Positions 10,610 through 20,277 of a stretch of DNA of 64,000 nucleotides are shown here, piece by piece. A program made the translations under genes and the position numbers. Under the pieces are notes generated by a model. The model saw only the letters and a program-made list of their open reading frames with translations. It was not told where the DNA came from and did no database searches. The DNA is from a virus (Duplodnaviria; Caudoviricetes). Positions within the stretch are counted from its first letter, which is position 1, and each line of letters opens with the position of its first letter. The stretch is taken from the IMG/VR virus record IMGVR_UViG_3300032218_002590, positions 15,379-79,378 of that record, one strand, 5' to 3'.

Positions 10610-10770
10610 TCCTCCATAACATAGTGTATATCATCATGATAGCACTCTTTGAGTGTTCCGTCAAGTGTTTTCACAAACAATTTTAATTCGTGACCACCCA
10701 TGATTTTGACGGAATTGCCATCACAAAGGACGGCAATGTTTCCGACGTAGCCGTGAAACTCAGGCTTCAT
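10606..10770 (-). CDS. Small hypothetical protein; likely start MKPEFHG at 10770
   Basis: ORF track 10606-10875 overlaps cobS heavily; ATGs at 10770/10773 lie just inside the cobS 3' end. Confidence 0.55.
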   Translation of the reverse strand: MKPEFHGYVGNIAVLCDGNSVKIMGGHELKLFVKTLDGTLKECYHDDIHYVMEE

Positions 10771-11899
10771 CATTATTTTCAGTTTTGGTTTCTGCATCAG
10801 CATCAGCATCAGCACCGACGCTGGCATCAATCTTGTCGTACAGTTCCAGGAAACTAGTTTTAGTTTCGGCATCAAAGCGATTCACGCAAACTTGAATTGC
10901 TTTCATACGCTTCTTAAAGATACTGTAGGCACGAATAACATGAGTCAAACGACGAGTACTGATGATCTCATCAACACCACCCTCTTTGAAAGTTTTGCGA
11001 ATGGTGTCTGCCCAAGTAGCCAGTTTCTCACAAAACTCTTGGTCAACACAATCAAGTTTGACAGAAACTTTTTCAAGAATCTTCTGCTCAACTTTAGGAG
11101 AAGGATATTCTTGCTCGAAGGTAAGAGCAAATCGTTCCAGGAATGCTTCGTTCAAAACATTGGTGCCAATGAAGCGACCATCATCAGAACCTTTACCTTT
11201 GGTATTGGCGGTAGCAATGATAGTAAACCCAGCTTTGGGTTTGACATACGCACCAGTTTTCTTCAGGAAGACACCACTACCTTCGAGAATGGATTGCAGG
11301 CAGAGAATTTTATTCGATGCCAGATCCACTTCGTCAAGAAGAAGAACAGCCCCACGCTCAAGTGCTTCGATGACAGGACCATTATGCCACACAGTTTCAC
11401 CATTGATCAAACGGAAACCACCAATCAGATCGTCTTCGTCAGTTTCAATGGTGATGTTAACACGAATCAACTCACGCTTGAGTTGAGCACATGCCTGTTC
11501 TACACCGAATGTTTTACCATTACCAGACATACCAGTAATGAAAACAGGATAGAAGATCCCAGAAGAAATAATTTTCTTAAGATCACTGAAGTTACCAAAG
11601 CTGACGAAATTAGCATCTTTATCAGGAATAAGAGATTGACGTTGAATCACCACATGCTCAACAGGTTGATCCATAGGTTCAGCAGCAGGAGCGTGGTAGG
11701 TATTTTCGATATCTTGAGCAGTCAAGTTCCACCGACCATGCCCAGTTTTGTATTGTTCAAGGCGTTTGGCAATTGTGGGATAAGAAGAACCAAATTCTTC
11801 AGCGGCGGCGATGACAGCATTGCTGCCAAAATCTTCACCAAAATTTACAGAAATAAAAGCAACGAGAGCTTGTTGATCGATGTTTGCTTTACGAGCCAT
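10760..11899 (-). CDS. cobS: MoxR/CobS-like AAA+ ATPase
   Basis: GMSGNGKT Walker A, LLLDEVD Walker B, ATANTKG sensor, AFLERF arginine finger; AAGGAG RBS. Confidence 0.92.
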   Translation of the reverse strand: MARKANIDQQALVAFISVNFGEDFGSNAVIAAAEEFGSSYPTIAKRLEQYKTGHGRWNLTAQDIENTYHAPAAEPMDQPVEHVVIQRQSLIPDKDANFVSFGNFSDLKKIISSGIFYPVFITGMSGNGKTFGVEQACAQLKRELIRVNITIETDEDDLIGGFRLINGETVWHNGPVIEALERGAVLLLDEVDLASNKILCLQSILEGSGVFLKKTGAYVKPKAGFTIIATANTKGKGSDDGRFIGTNVLNEAFLERFALTFEQEYPSPKVEQKILEKVSVKLDCVDQEFCEKLATWADTIRKTFKEGGVDEIISTRRLTHVIRAYSIFKKRMKAIQVCVNRFDAETKTSFLELYDKIDASVGADADADAETKTENNDEA

Positions 11900-11928
11900 G
11901 ATGAGTAATCTCCTTTGTGGATGAAATA

Positions 11929-11985
11929 AGTGTAACAGAGTTTGGGCACCGATGTGGTGCCCAGTGGACAGTTGAGTAAGTGGTC
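11929..11985 (-). promoter_or_regulatory. Putative cobS promoter: -10 TACACT, 8-bp inverted repeat in place of a -35, upstream dyad box
   Basis: agtgta 11929-11934; tgggcacc/ggtgccca 11943-11963; gacagtt-gagt-aagtggt 11967-11984. Confidence 0.6.
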
Positions 11986-14149
11986 AAGAAACCAGAGTGG
12001 CGAAAGAGGACAACAGTTTTTTGTTGGTCGCCTTCTTTTTAAGCATAGTACGGAATGCCTTGCTGATCTCCTCGGTGGATGCCTCTTCATCAACTGTCAT
12101 AGTGGCATTGGATGACAGGTCATTGCTGGAAATCATATAGAGGGCATCGTAGCCCATACCATTAATTTCATACGATTTGTTTTTACGCCACACTTTCATG
12201 GCTTCGTCTGGGTCAACCCCCCCAGCAACCCCATAAAAATCACGATATAGGTAAGAAAAGTTATGCCCACTAGCAATTCGGAATCCAATCAGATTGACTT
12301 CAGGAAAATTATCTTTTAGGTTTTCCAAAAGAATTGCAGTGAGGTTGCTGTTTACATTACTCATGTCAAAGTTTCGGTAAACATATCCAATCTTACGATC
12401 CCGTAAAGCGTTAACACTACCGATATGATTTGTACCAAGGTAATTGTACGGAGCACCGTGACGGTTAGCAACATTAACATCATAAGCAAGATGATTACCT
12501 TCCCCATCAGTTAGAATAACAACGTTAACCTTCTGAAGTTTATGTTGATTTTTAAACTGAGGGATAATTTGATTGAGAGAAATTACTGCCTCATTGAGAG
12601 GAGTTCCACTCAAGTCAAGACCAAGTGGAGTAGAGTAAGATTGATTATTGTAATAACAGTATTTCGAATCGTTTCGGTTAGCAAGACGCCAAAGATTCAT
12701 CATACAGTTATCCAAAAACTTACTGCTTGCACGAGAGCTGAGAAAATTCAGCATACGAAAACGACGATGAATTTCAATGGTGCCATCTTTTTTTGTGTAT
12801 AGGTTTGGAGGAGAAGTCATATTTGAGTTTATATAATGATTATGCCACTCGTAAGTAAAACCATAAACCTCAAAAGGAATCTGAACTTTCTTACAGAACC
12901 AAACAAGATTCATCAATTGCTTCACCGTATCCAAAAGATAATCGCACATAGAACCAGACCAGTCCAGCACAAAAATCAAACCATGATTTTTACCATCAGG
13001 AACTACAGAAATTTTACGAAAAATATCTTCGCTGTATTTGTACGTATGGAGTTTACTGGTGTCGAGAGTACCAGTACGTGAAGTAGACATACGTTGATAA
13101 GCATCAGCCGTCTTTTTCATTTCAAATTCCTTAACCAGATAGTTCACTTCCTTCTGTGCTTCTGTACGGTATTTGTGATAATCCTTATCCGGTTTTTGAA
13201 AAACATTGACATCGCCAGCTGATTTACTTGTACTGGCAAAACATTTGTTGATGTAATTGTTTAAAATTTTGTAGTCAACAATAACTTCATCAATGTCAAG
13301 TTCTGGACGTTCAATATAATATGTTTCGCTAGTGGATTTGGTAACCAATTTTTCAGTTTGCTGGTCAAAAGATTGTTGAGTTTTAGAAACTGCTTCATCT
13401 TCAGGACCACCGCCGCCAGAACCAATTGGAGTTTTTTCAGACGAACCAGTTTGATCACCAGAGTTTTGGCTTTCTTCACCAGAAGAATTGCTAGTTCCTT
13501 CGCCATTACCAGGCATCTGTTCATCCGATTGCCCATTAGAATTTCCTGATAAAGATGCGTCGGAGTTATTTTCCTGAGAAAAATCGGGCATTCTTGCTAC
13601 GTATTTTTCCTTTACGTATTCCTGAATCAATTTACAAATATTCAGAACTTCATCAAAAGTTTCAACCTTGTCAATCATATCAACAAACGTTTGTTCGGTT
13701 TCGTTGAACGGCATCCGAGCATAAGCACCAACTTTAAAATGAAGATTGATACGGTCAATCAATGTCAGTGTATTCAAATCTTCGTCAGCAATACTGAAGA
13801 AGTCATCTCGGTTCAGTTCACTATAACCATTGTAGAAAGTACGTGCCAAACCAGGAAACTTTCGCTTCATCAGTTTTTCGATGCGAGCATCTTCTACAAC
13901 GTTGACATAATCTTTAGGGACTTGAACAATCTCAGTCCAATCTTTATTTGGTGTGTATAAGGCATGTCCAACCTCATGCCCCACCAGAAGGTCATATACG
14001 GTCGCTGAAGCCCTGTCCCAGATCGGTAGGGTCAATACACGGTTGAGTACGTCAAACGACGCTGTAGGCACCTTCTTGTGCTCGATGACGAGGTTCTCAG
14101 TTGCCAGTAGCTTGGCAAGAGTGCCTTTGACTTCTTGGTTGATGTACAT
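11984..14149 (-). CDS. Zincin-motif plus VWA domain protein (CobT-like MoxR partner); start MYINQEV at 14149
   Basis: N-terminal GHEVGH and VEDARIE; C-terminal MIDAS LDWSGSM, SGTP, ILTDGE; the track start at 14200 lies inside the promoter. Confidence 0.85.
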   Translation of the reverse strand: MYINQEVKGTLAKLLATENLVIEHKKVPTASFDVLNRVLTLPIWDRASATVYDLLVGHEVGHALYTPNKDWTEIVQVPKDYVNVVEDARIEKLMKRKFPGLARTFYNGYSELNRDDFFSIADEDLNTLTLIDRINLHFKVGAYARMPFNETEQTFVDMIDKVETFDEVLNICKLIQEYVKEKYVARMPDFSQENNSDASLSGNSNGQSDEQMPGNGEGTSNSSGEESQNSGDQTGSSEKTPIGSGGGGPEDEAVSKTQQSFDQQTEKLVTKSTSETYYIERPELDIDEVIVDYKILNNYINKCFASTSKSAGDVNVFQKPDKDYHKYRTEAQKEVNYLVKEFEMKKTADAYQRMSTSRTGTLDTSKLHTYKYSEDIFRKISVVPDGKNHGLIFVLDWSGSMCDYLLDTVKQLMNLVWFCKKVQIPFEVYGFTYEWHNHYINSNMTSPPNLYTKKDGTIEIHRRFRMLNFLSSRASSKFLDNCMMNLWRLANRNDSKYCYYNNQSYSTPLGLDLSGTPLNEAVISLNQIIPQFKNQHKLQKVNVVILTDGEGNHLAYDVNVANRHGAPYNYLGTNHIGSVNALRDRKIGYVYRNFDMSNVNSNLTAILLENLKDNFPEVNLIGFRIASGHNFSYLYRDFYGVAGGVDPDEAMKVWRKNKSYEINGMGYDALYMISSNDLSSNATMTVDEEASTEEISKAFRTMLKKKATNKKLLSSFATLVS

Positions 14150-14171
14150 TTCATTTGTTTGAACTGAAGCC

Positions 14172-14227
14172 AGAATAGCCAAAAAAAAGGAGGGTGTCAA
14201 CCCTCCTGTGCCACTTCATTAACTGTC
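14172..14227 (-). promoter_or_regulatory. Sigma70-type promoter TTGACA-N17-TATTCT with upstream dyad box
   Basis: tgtcaa 14195-14200, agaata 14172-14177; minus-strand GACAGTT-aatg-AAGTGGC 14210-14227. Confidence 0.8.
14181..14206 (-). terminator. Intrinsic terminator at the gp46 stop
   Basis: GGAGGGU-UGAC-ACCCUCC followed by U8 on the minus strand. Confidence 0.8.
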
Positions 14228-15936
14228 TCACGGACGGTGCTGAAGTTTTTAATTTTTTCACACTTCCATGTCTTATGAAACTTGTCTTCCATATTTTCTC
14301 TGTGTGAGATCACAAATACGTTTGTGTTGTCATCAAAGTTTTTAAGAATCCATCCTAGCTCACTACTCCCATTTTGGTCTAGAGAACCATCAAAAATTTC
14401 ATCTAGTATAAGGAGGTTAGTATCCACGCTATTCTTGAGCTTAGCAATAGCTCTCCAAGTAAGCAACAAAGAAATATCAATACGAGCCTTTTCTCCCTCA
14501 CTGAAAGATTCGTAAGAGAAAGAATCTCGAAATCTAGATTTAATAGTTTCTTCAAAATTTTCATCTAATGTAAAGTTTACATAAAAATCCATGTTCTGTA
14601 GATATTGGTTGATGAGATTATTCATCACTGGCAAGTACCTTTTGATGATACGAGTTTTAATTCCATTATCTTTCAGAAGTTGACCGGCAGCAAGAAGACA
14701 ATCACGTTCTTCTTTCATGCCAATCATTTGTTTTTTAGATACATCTAAAGCTTTTTCTAATCCTTGCAATTTAGAATCTTCTTCATTACGATTTGTGTTG
14801 TTGTTTTGAAGATTAGAAATATCTTGTTGAAGATCTTTAATCTGAGTTTGATATGATTTGATTTGAAATTGACATATTGAAATGTCATTAGAAATGCTAG
14901 ACCATTGTTGATTTAACTCAACAAACTTTTGTTCTCTTTGTTCTTCCTCAGCAATAGCATTTTCCATTTCCTCCATTCCCAGCTTAAGTTCTTTGATAGA
15001 ATTCATAATCTCAGAAACCTTAGAGTCCCGAAGGTCTTCATTGATATGCTGGGTACATGTAGGACATGTAGTATTCTCAGTAAAGAACTGATGTTCCTTT
15101 CTGTGTGTTGTGAATTTCTGTTGTATCTTACCACGAAGATTACCAAGTTTTTTGAGTTTGGCGGCAGCAGTTGAAAATTGTTTTGTCTCTTCAGAAATTT
15201 TATTTTGTTCTGTAGATAACGTTTTCAATTTTTGATTTGTTTCTTCTTCGTATTTTAGAACCTGATCAATTTTTAAATTCTTTTCGTTGATCTCATTTTG
15301 ATTTTGAAGATTCAGATTAACAATAAAGTTTTTCTGCATTGTTACTTTTTCTTCTAGTAAATAAATTTGGTAATCACGATCTTTGATTTCGTCGTTAGCA
15401 AATTTAAGTTTCTCTTTGAGATTAACATTCATTACAGAAAATATTTGAATGTCAAGAATGTCTTCAATAATTTCTCGACGAGCTGCCAAAGGCAATCTCA
15501 TGAAAGGAACAAAGGTAGAAGATCCGAGAACTACAATCTGAGTAAATGATTTATAATTCATCTTAAGAATATTTTTCTCAAGATAGATTTGATAATCTGC
15601 TATAGATGAGGATTGGTCGAGAAGAACTCCGTTCTGCCAAATCTCAAAAATTCCTGGTTTGATTCCCCTAACAATTTTGAATTCGTTTTTACCAGATTGG
15701 AATTCGATTTCTGTAACTAAGTCAGAACCGTTTACACTGTTGAGTAATAATGGTTTGTTAATTTTACGAAATGGTTTTCCAAACAATGAGAATGTCAGGG
15801 CATCTAAAATAGTACTTTTGCCAGCACCATTAGCACCAACAATTAAATTGGTTTTGGCGCTGTTCAGATTAAATTCAGTAAAGGTGTTACCGGTACTTAA
15901 AAAATTTCGCCATCTTAGCTGTTTAAATATTATCAT
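14197..15936 (-). CDS. gp46: Recombination endonuclease ATPase subunit (gp46, SbcC/Rad50-like)
   Basis: GANGAGKS, CPTC zinc hook, FSEGEK signature, LILDEIFD. Confidence 0.96.
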   Translation of the reverse strand: MIIFKQLRWRNFLSTGNTFTEFNLNSAKTNLIVGANGAGKSTILDALTFSLFGKPFRKINKPLLLNSVNGSDLVTEIEFQSGKNEFKIVRGIKPGIFEIWQNGVLLDQSSSIADYQIYLEKNILKMNYKSFTQIVVLGSSTFVPFMRLPLAARREIIEDILDIQIFSVMNVNLKEKLKFANDEIKDRDYQIYLLEEKVTMQKNFIVNLNLQNQNEINEKNLKIDQVLKYEEETNQKLKTLSTEQNKISEETKQFSTAAAKLKKLGNLRGKIQQKFTTHRKEHQFFTENTTCPTCTQHINEDLRDSKVSEIMNSIKELKLGMEEMENAIAEEEQREQKFVELNQQWSSISNDISICQFQIKSYQTQIKDLQQDISNLQNNNTNRNEEDSKLQGLEKALDVSKKQMIGMKEERDCLLAAGQLLKDNGIKTRIIKRYLPVMNNLINQYLQNMDFYVNFTLDENFEETIKSRFRDSFSYESFSEGEKARIDISLLLTWRAIAKLKNSVDTNLLILDEIFDGSLDQNGSSELGWILKNFDDNTNVFVISHRENMEDKFHKTWKCEKIKNFSTVRETVNEVAQEG

Positions 15937-16199
15937 TCTAAATCTTTGGGGGGAATAATAAAATCGTCTTCTGTTATTATAGTATATTTTTGATCTCGTT
16001 CTTCACATGCAGTAACAATTACTTCTTCGGGAATTTCTACAACTTGTAATTTATATTTACTAGGAGTAAATTCAAGTAGTTCTTGATAGCGATCAGCATC
16101 ATCTTCACATTCAAAGATAGGAATAATTTGATCTCCACAAGTATCATCTATTACAGAAAATACACCGTCTTGTCTGTCTTTGAGTGTGAGAATATACAT
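15933..16199 (-). CDS. DUF3110-like protein
   Basis: YIL...GVFSV...IFECEDDADRY..LLE pattern; position between gp47 and gp46. Confidence 0.7.
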   Translation of the reverse strand: MYILTLKDRQDGVFSVIDDTCGDQIIPIFECEDDADRYQELLEFTPSKYKLQVVEIPEEVIVTACEERDQKYTIITEDDFIIPPKDLE

Positions 16200-17248
16200 T
16201 AGATTACTTCACAACTTTCAATATATAGAGATTGCATAATCTGTTTTAAGTTATTTTTATTTACGGACATCTCTACTTCATCAATATATTCATTAAGAAG
16301 ACACAAAGTATCTTTAATTTCTAAGTCAGAATCTTGATGTTTAATAGTATCTTTTTCAACTAAAGTTTCAACAACTTTGAGGTCATGAACATTAGCATCA
16401 AAAAGTCCTTCAATAATTTTTTCAAATTTAAAATAATCCGTTTTGTTTTCTACTATTACTTTAACAAAAGTGTTTGCATAATCGGCGGGGTTAACGCTGA
16501 AATTAGGGTCAGCATCATCATAATATATCTTTTGGAAAATTTCGTAGGGATTTTTAACAAAACGTAACTTGTTGGATGCCGGTTCATAAAGATGAAATCC
16601 TCTAGGGTCTTTGTAGTCATTCCAGAACATCTGGTAGGGATTACCTAAGTAAGTAATATTTCCTTGTCGTGATTTGTGATGAAAGTGTCCAGAAAATACT
16701 TGTTTGAATTTAATGAATACATCTGCATCCATGCCACCTTCATGAAGTAGACCAGGAGAAATTTCAAATCCGTTTAGCTCCAGGTGACCCATCACAATCT
16801 TAGCAGATGTTTGCTTCAGGTGCTGGTGGGTTTCTGCTTCGTTCTCAGAATTAATCCAAGGTATCATACAGATGTCAGTACCTTCAACATTTATTGTGGT
16901 TGGTTTGGAGTACACAATAATGTTATCGTAGTCAGATAACAGTAGTTCTGGGGAGTTGATGTCGTTGGTATTCTTGTAGTATACGTCATGGTTTCCCGTG
17001 ATCATATGAAGAGTAATACCAAGCTCATGGATACGGTCAAAATAATGGCGGCGAATACGACTCCATACATTAAAATCAATACCTTTTCTGTTATCAAATG
17101 TGTCTCCAAGATCAATAATAGTTGTGATTCCTTTCTCTTTAATTGTTGGAAAGAAAACTTCATCATAAAATTTAGCAAAGTACTCCCAAAAAATAATGTT
17201 TCCCTTACGACCGTCGAGATGTTGATCTGTAATAAGAGCTATCGTCAT
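16199..17248 (-). CDS. gp47: Recombination endonuclease nuclease subunit (gp47, Mre11/SbcD-like)
   Basis: ITDQH, DLGDTFD, GNHD, GHFH metallophosphoesterase motifs. Confidence 0.96.
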   Translation of the reverse strand: MTIALITDQHLDGRKGNIIFWEYFAKFYDEVFFPTIKEKGITTIIDLGDTFDNRKGIDFNVWSRIRRHYFDRIHELGITLHMITGNHDVYYKNTNDINSPELLLSDYDNIIVYSKPTTINVEGTDICMIPWINSENEAETHQHLKQTSAKIVMGHLELNGFEISPGLLHEGGMDADVFIKFKQVFSGHFHHKSRQGNITYLGNPYQMFWNDYKDPRGFHLYEPASNKLRFVKNPYEIFQKIYYDDADPNFSVNPADYANTFVKVIVENKTDYFKFEKIIEGLFDANVHDLKVVETLVEKDTIKHQDSDLEIKDTLCLLNEYIDEVEMSVNKNNLKQIMQSLYIESCEVI

Positions 17249-17778
17249 CGTTTGTTTTTAATTTCTAGGGTTTCTTTGATGCCTGACATGTCAGAATAAC
17301 TTTGATTTAATCCTGCCATTTCACCTTCAAAACTTTCTGTGTACATTACATGTTCATAACCTGTTCTTTCAAGAATCTTGGTTTTGATTTCTAATTGCTT
17401 TTTCTCTTTAGCAATACGCCTCAAGAAGGCAAAGTAAATTACCTGAGTAAAATAAGCAAATGGATTTTTGGATTTTTCTGGATCAAAGTTATGAATGTAT
17501 TGTAAACAATTTTCAATACCATCTGAAATCATCTCATCCCTAAACATGTAATTTACAAAATTTGGTTTGTATGAAAGATGGGTAGCAATTTTTAGAAAAC
17601 AATCACCAAGATAATTTGTAATGCCTGGTTTCCCTTCCCAATTCTTAGATCGTTCCGGTTGAGTTATATGTCTCCCGTGTTGTTTTAGAAAACTTGCTTC
17701 GACTTTATTTCTGTGAACAGTAATAGCTTCCAAGAAATCTTTGTTATTTACATAGTTTTCTGTTTTCTTTTTTGCCAT
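17245..17778 (-). CDS. gp55: Late transcription sigma factor (gp55)
   Basis: YVNNKDFL, KIATHLSYKPNFVNY, NFDPEKSKNPFAYFTQ. Confidence 0.96.
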   Translation of the reverse strand: MAKKKTENYVNNKDFLEAITVHRNKVEASFLKQHGRHITQPERSKNWEGKPGITNYLGDCFLKIATHLSYKPNFVNYMFRDEMISDGIENCLQYIHNFDPEKSKNPFAYFTQVIYFAFLRRIAKEKKQLEIKTKILERTGYEHVMYTESFEGEMAGLNQSYSDMSGIKETLEIKNKR

Positions 17779-17810
17779 AACCCATCACATCATTTAATAT
17801 TTCTTGTACC

Positions 17811-17839
17811 AGTATAGACCATTTTCAGGGGTTTGTCAA
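17811..17839 (-). promoter_or_regulatory. Sigma70-type promoter for gp55, TTGACA-N17-TATACT
   Basis: tgtcaa 17834-17839, agtata 17811-17816. Confidence 0.85.
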
Positions 17840-17845
17840 GGGGGG

Positions 17846-17875
17846 TTGACAAAACCTCAGAAACCGAGTAGAATA
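17846..17875 (+). promoter_or_regulatory. Divergent sigma70-type promoter TTGACA-N18-TAGAAT facing antisense to minus-strand genes
   Basis: ttgaca 17846-17851, tagaat 17870-17875. Confidence 0.6.
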
Positions 17876-17927
17876 ACACTGTCAGGGTTCAAGAGTTGTA
17901 TTGAGTTCTTTAAGGTCTTTAAATACT

Positions 17928-18341
17928 TCAAGATTTTTTATAAATCTCTTCCAAGAATTGTTTAGTTTCCTTTACAGATCCTAAGTAACCCATTTGATTA
18001 CTAAATTCTTTGGGTTTAATTTGTATAGAATTTTTACTAGATTCTTCTACTAATAATGGGTTAAGATTATTAAGATAAAAGTTTCTTATTTTTTTATTAA
18101 GTTCAGTCATAGTAATAATCTGTTCCATCTTAATTACAAATAATGTATCATAAGTAGAATTTATCCATTCTTTTAAAATAAAACCTCCAGTAGAATTACC
18201 ACGATGTTTTTTTGTTAGCCTTTCTACTAACATGGGATTTTCTACTAACACAGAATTTTCATCAGGTAAGTAACAGACTTTAGCTATAATTTCTTCACCT
18301 GATGTTAATTTAATAGTAGAGAAGAATTCTTCTTCCATCAT
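17928..18341 (-). CDS. Conserved hypothetical protein between uvsW and gp55
   Basis: FFSTIKLTSGEEIIAKV N-terminus; coupled to uvsW. Confidence 0.75.
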   Translation of the reverse strand: MMEEEFFSTIKLTSGEEIIAKVCYLPDENSVLVENPMLVERLTKKHRGNSTGGFILKEWINSTYDTLFVIKMEQIITMTELNKKIRNFYLNNLNPLLVEESSKNSIQIKPKEFSNQMGYLGSVKETKQFLEEIYKKS

Positions 18342-19801
18342 TTTAGATTTACCTTTATTATTTCGTATTTAAAATTTTCTTCTTGATATATCTTAATCCT
18401 TTCTTGTAAATGTCTTAAAGTATAATTTTGTCTGGTTTGAGTAGAGATGTCATCTGCAATGTCATACAAAGTAGCTATTTCTTTGTCCTCTCCTTTTCTA
18501 AGTACTCTACCAATACTTTGGAGATTCCTGATACGAGATTTAGACGGAGAAGCAAATATAATATTATGAAGACGTTTAATATTGATACCAGTGCTAAACG
18601 TTCCATAAGATGCAATAATGATAGCATTGCTTTCTTGTTCGGTTATTTTTCTTACTTCTTCACGTTCATCAGTATCAACTGAACCATGAACAAAAAATAC
18701 CTTACGAGTATTTTCTGTACTGTTATTTATTAATTCGTATAATGGCTCACCATGCTTTTCAACATAGTTAAATAAAATTAATGTGTTTCCTTCAAGATCA
18801 CCTACAAGATTTTTAATCAGATTATTTCTTTTTTTGTTTGTGACAATATAATCCATCTCTTGATGGTAATCTTCAAAGTATTGATACTCGTGCTTACACA
18901 AAAGAATTTTAATTCTAAGATTGGATAGATGACCTTTTTTAATTAGATCATCAGTTTTAGTAACCTTTTCACACGCACCAAACAATCCTTCCAACACCCA
19001 CTTATGAGTTTTGGATCCATCTAAGGTTCCTGTAAATCCAAAACGATACTTAGCGTTATGAAGTTTTTCCATAATGCCAGTCAATGATTTAGATTTGAAT
19101 AGGTGTGCTTCGTCACCAATTACACAATCAATGTCATCAAAATATCTTTTAGGAAATTTATAAATGGATTGCCATGTAGTAACAATAACAGGTTTGTCAG
19201 AATTTTTTTCTTTACCTGAATAAATTTTATGAATATGCTCATCAGTGTTCCATCCGTATTCATTAAAATCTTTTACCATTTGTTCTACCAACGATGTAGT
19301 AGGAACAATGATTAGAATTTTTTTATCGGTAGCATGATAATATCTAACAAGAGAATAAATCATCAATGATTTACCAGAACCTGTGGGGGAAAGAAATAAT
19401 CCTCTATGATATTTGAGGGCAAGGTAAACCGTATAGTATTGATAATCTCTGGCTTTGATACTAGAAATTTTATCAACAAAATCTTTTACTCCACCAGGAG
19501 ATACTAACTCGTTAACATCATTGGCACTTCCATACCAATCATTATTAACTGATTTCAAAGAGTACTGTTTTTCTTTACACCATTGAGCAAGATGAGTATA
19601 TAATCCAATATACAATTCTCCTGTTCCTGGAGAGTAAAGCCGAATAGTTCCATCCCAATATTTAAACTTTGGATTTCTTTTTAAAAATTTAGCTTCAGGA
19701 ACTTCAAAAGTAAAGTAGTCAGATAATTCTTGATGGACGTATGGTTCTGCTTGGATTTGTAAAAATACTTCGTTCTTTTTTCTGATAACCAATCTAGACA
19801 T
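18338..19801 (-). CDS. uvsW: SF2 helicase UvsW
   Basis: SPTGSGKS, GDEAH, TGT, QSIGRVLR. Confidence 0.96.
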   Translation of the reverse strand: MSRLVIRKKNEVFLQIQAEPYVHQELSDYFTFEVPEAKFLKRNPKFKYWDGTIRLYSPGTGELYIGLYTHLAQWCKEKQYSLKSVNNDWYGSANDVNELVSPGGVKDFVDKISSIKARDYQYYTVYLALKYHRGLFLSPTGSGKSLMIYSLVRYYHATDKKILIIVPTTSLVEQMVKDFNEYGWNTDEHIHKIYSGKEKNSDKPVIVTTWQSIYKFPKRYFDDIDCVIGDEAHLFKSKSLTGIMEKLHNAKYRFGFTGTLDGSKTHKWVLEGLFGACEKVTKTDDLIKKGHLSNLRIKILLCKHEYQYFEDYHQEMDYIVTNKKRNNLIKNLVGDLEGNTLILFNYVEKHGEPLYELINNSTENTRKVFFVHGSVDTDEREEVRKITEQESNAIIIASYGTFSTGINIKRLHNIIFASPSKSRIRNLQSIGRVLRKGEDKEIATLYDIADDISTQTRQNYTLRHLQERIKIYQEENFKYEIIKVNLK

Positions 19802-20277
19802 TAGGTAGTACCGTTAATAAATTTTTCCCAATCAATAGCTGATTTAATTTGAAATCCACGATTGGAAATCATTTTCATTACACTGTCTAAGAAATAAAGT
19901 GCTTGTTCAATGTATTTTAATTTTGCTTCTATGTTGATAATATCTTCATCTGATTCCAGATAAGTTCTCATCTTCTCTGCTGTTTTAATACTTGTGCCAA
20001 AAGGTTTCTCGGCATACACTTTGGCGTCTGCTTCACCAGAATAATATTCTCTTTTTTGTTTTACTATACGTCTCAGTTCAAACTCAACCGAAGTTTTTAC
20101 TTGACTAATATCTGTATAGTAATTTAAATATTTGTTGTGTTGGAAAGGAATCTCTAATGCTAGTTTTCCTAAATCTTCTGAGTATTCTTTGTTTCTAAAT
20201 TGAAAATCAACATGACTATCAATTAACCATTCTTCTTTAATTGAATCAAATAATTTAACAATGTTTTCAAATTTCAT
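19801..20277 (-). CDS. uvsY: Recombination mediator UvsY
   Basis: IPFQHNKYL, EYYSGEA, NRGFQIKSAIDW..F; next to uvsW. Confidence 0.9.
   Translation of the reverse strand: MKFENIVKLFDSIKEEWLIDSHVDFQFRNKEYSEDLGKLALEIPFQHNKYLNYYTDISQVKTSVEFELRRIVKQKREYYSGEADAKVYAEKPFGTSIKTAEKMRTYLESDEDIINIEAKLKYIEQALYFLDSVMKMISNRGFQIKSAIDWEKFINGTT

Noticed and set aside
10760-11899. cobS as a cobalamin-biosynthesis auxiliary gene
   Set aside because: No cobN or other cob genes in the window; the motifs only support a MoxR-type AAA+ ATPase with a VWA partner
10892-11908. 338-aa plus-strand ORF (also the 174-aa ORF at 10962-11486)
   Set aside because: Lies entirely antisense to cobS, with no RBS, promoter or recognisable motif; consistent with a codon-bias shadow
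14150-14200. ORF-track N-terminal extension of the VWA gene (MTPSFF...)
   Set aside because: The TTG start is the -35 box, and the extension spans the terminator and -10 box; the ATG at 14149 is more plausible
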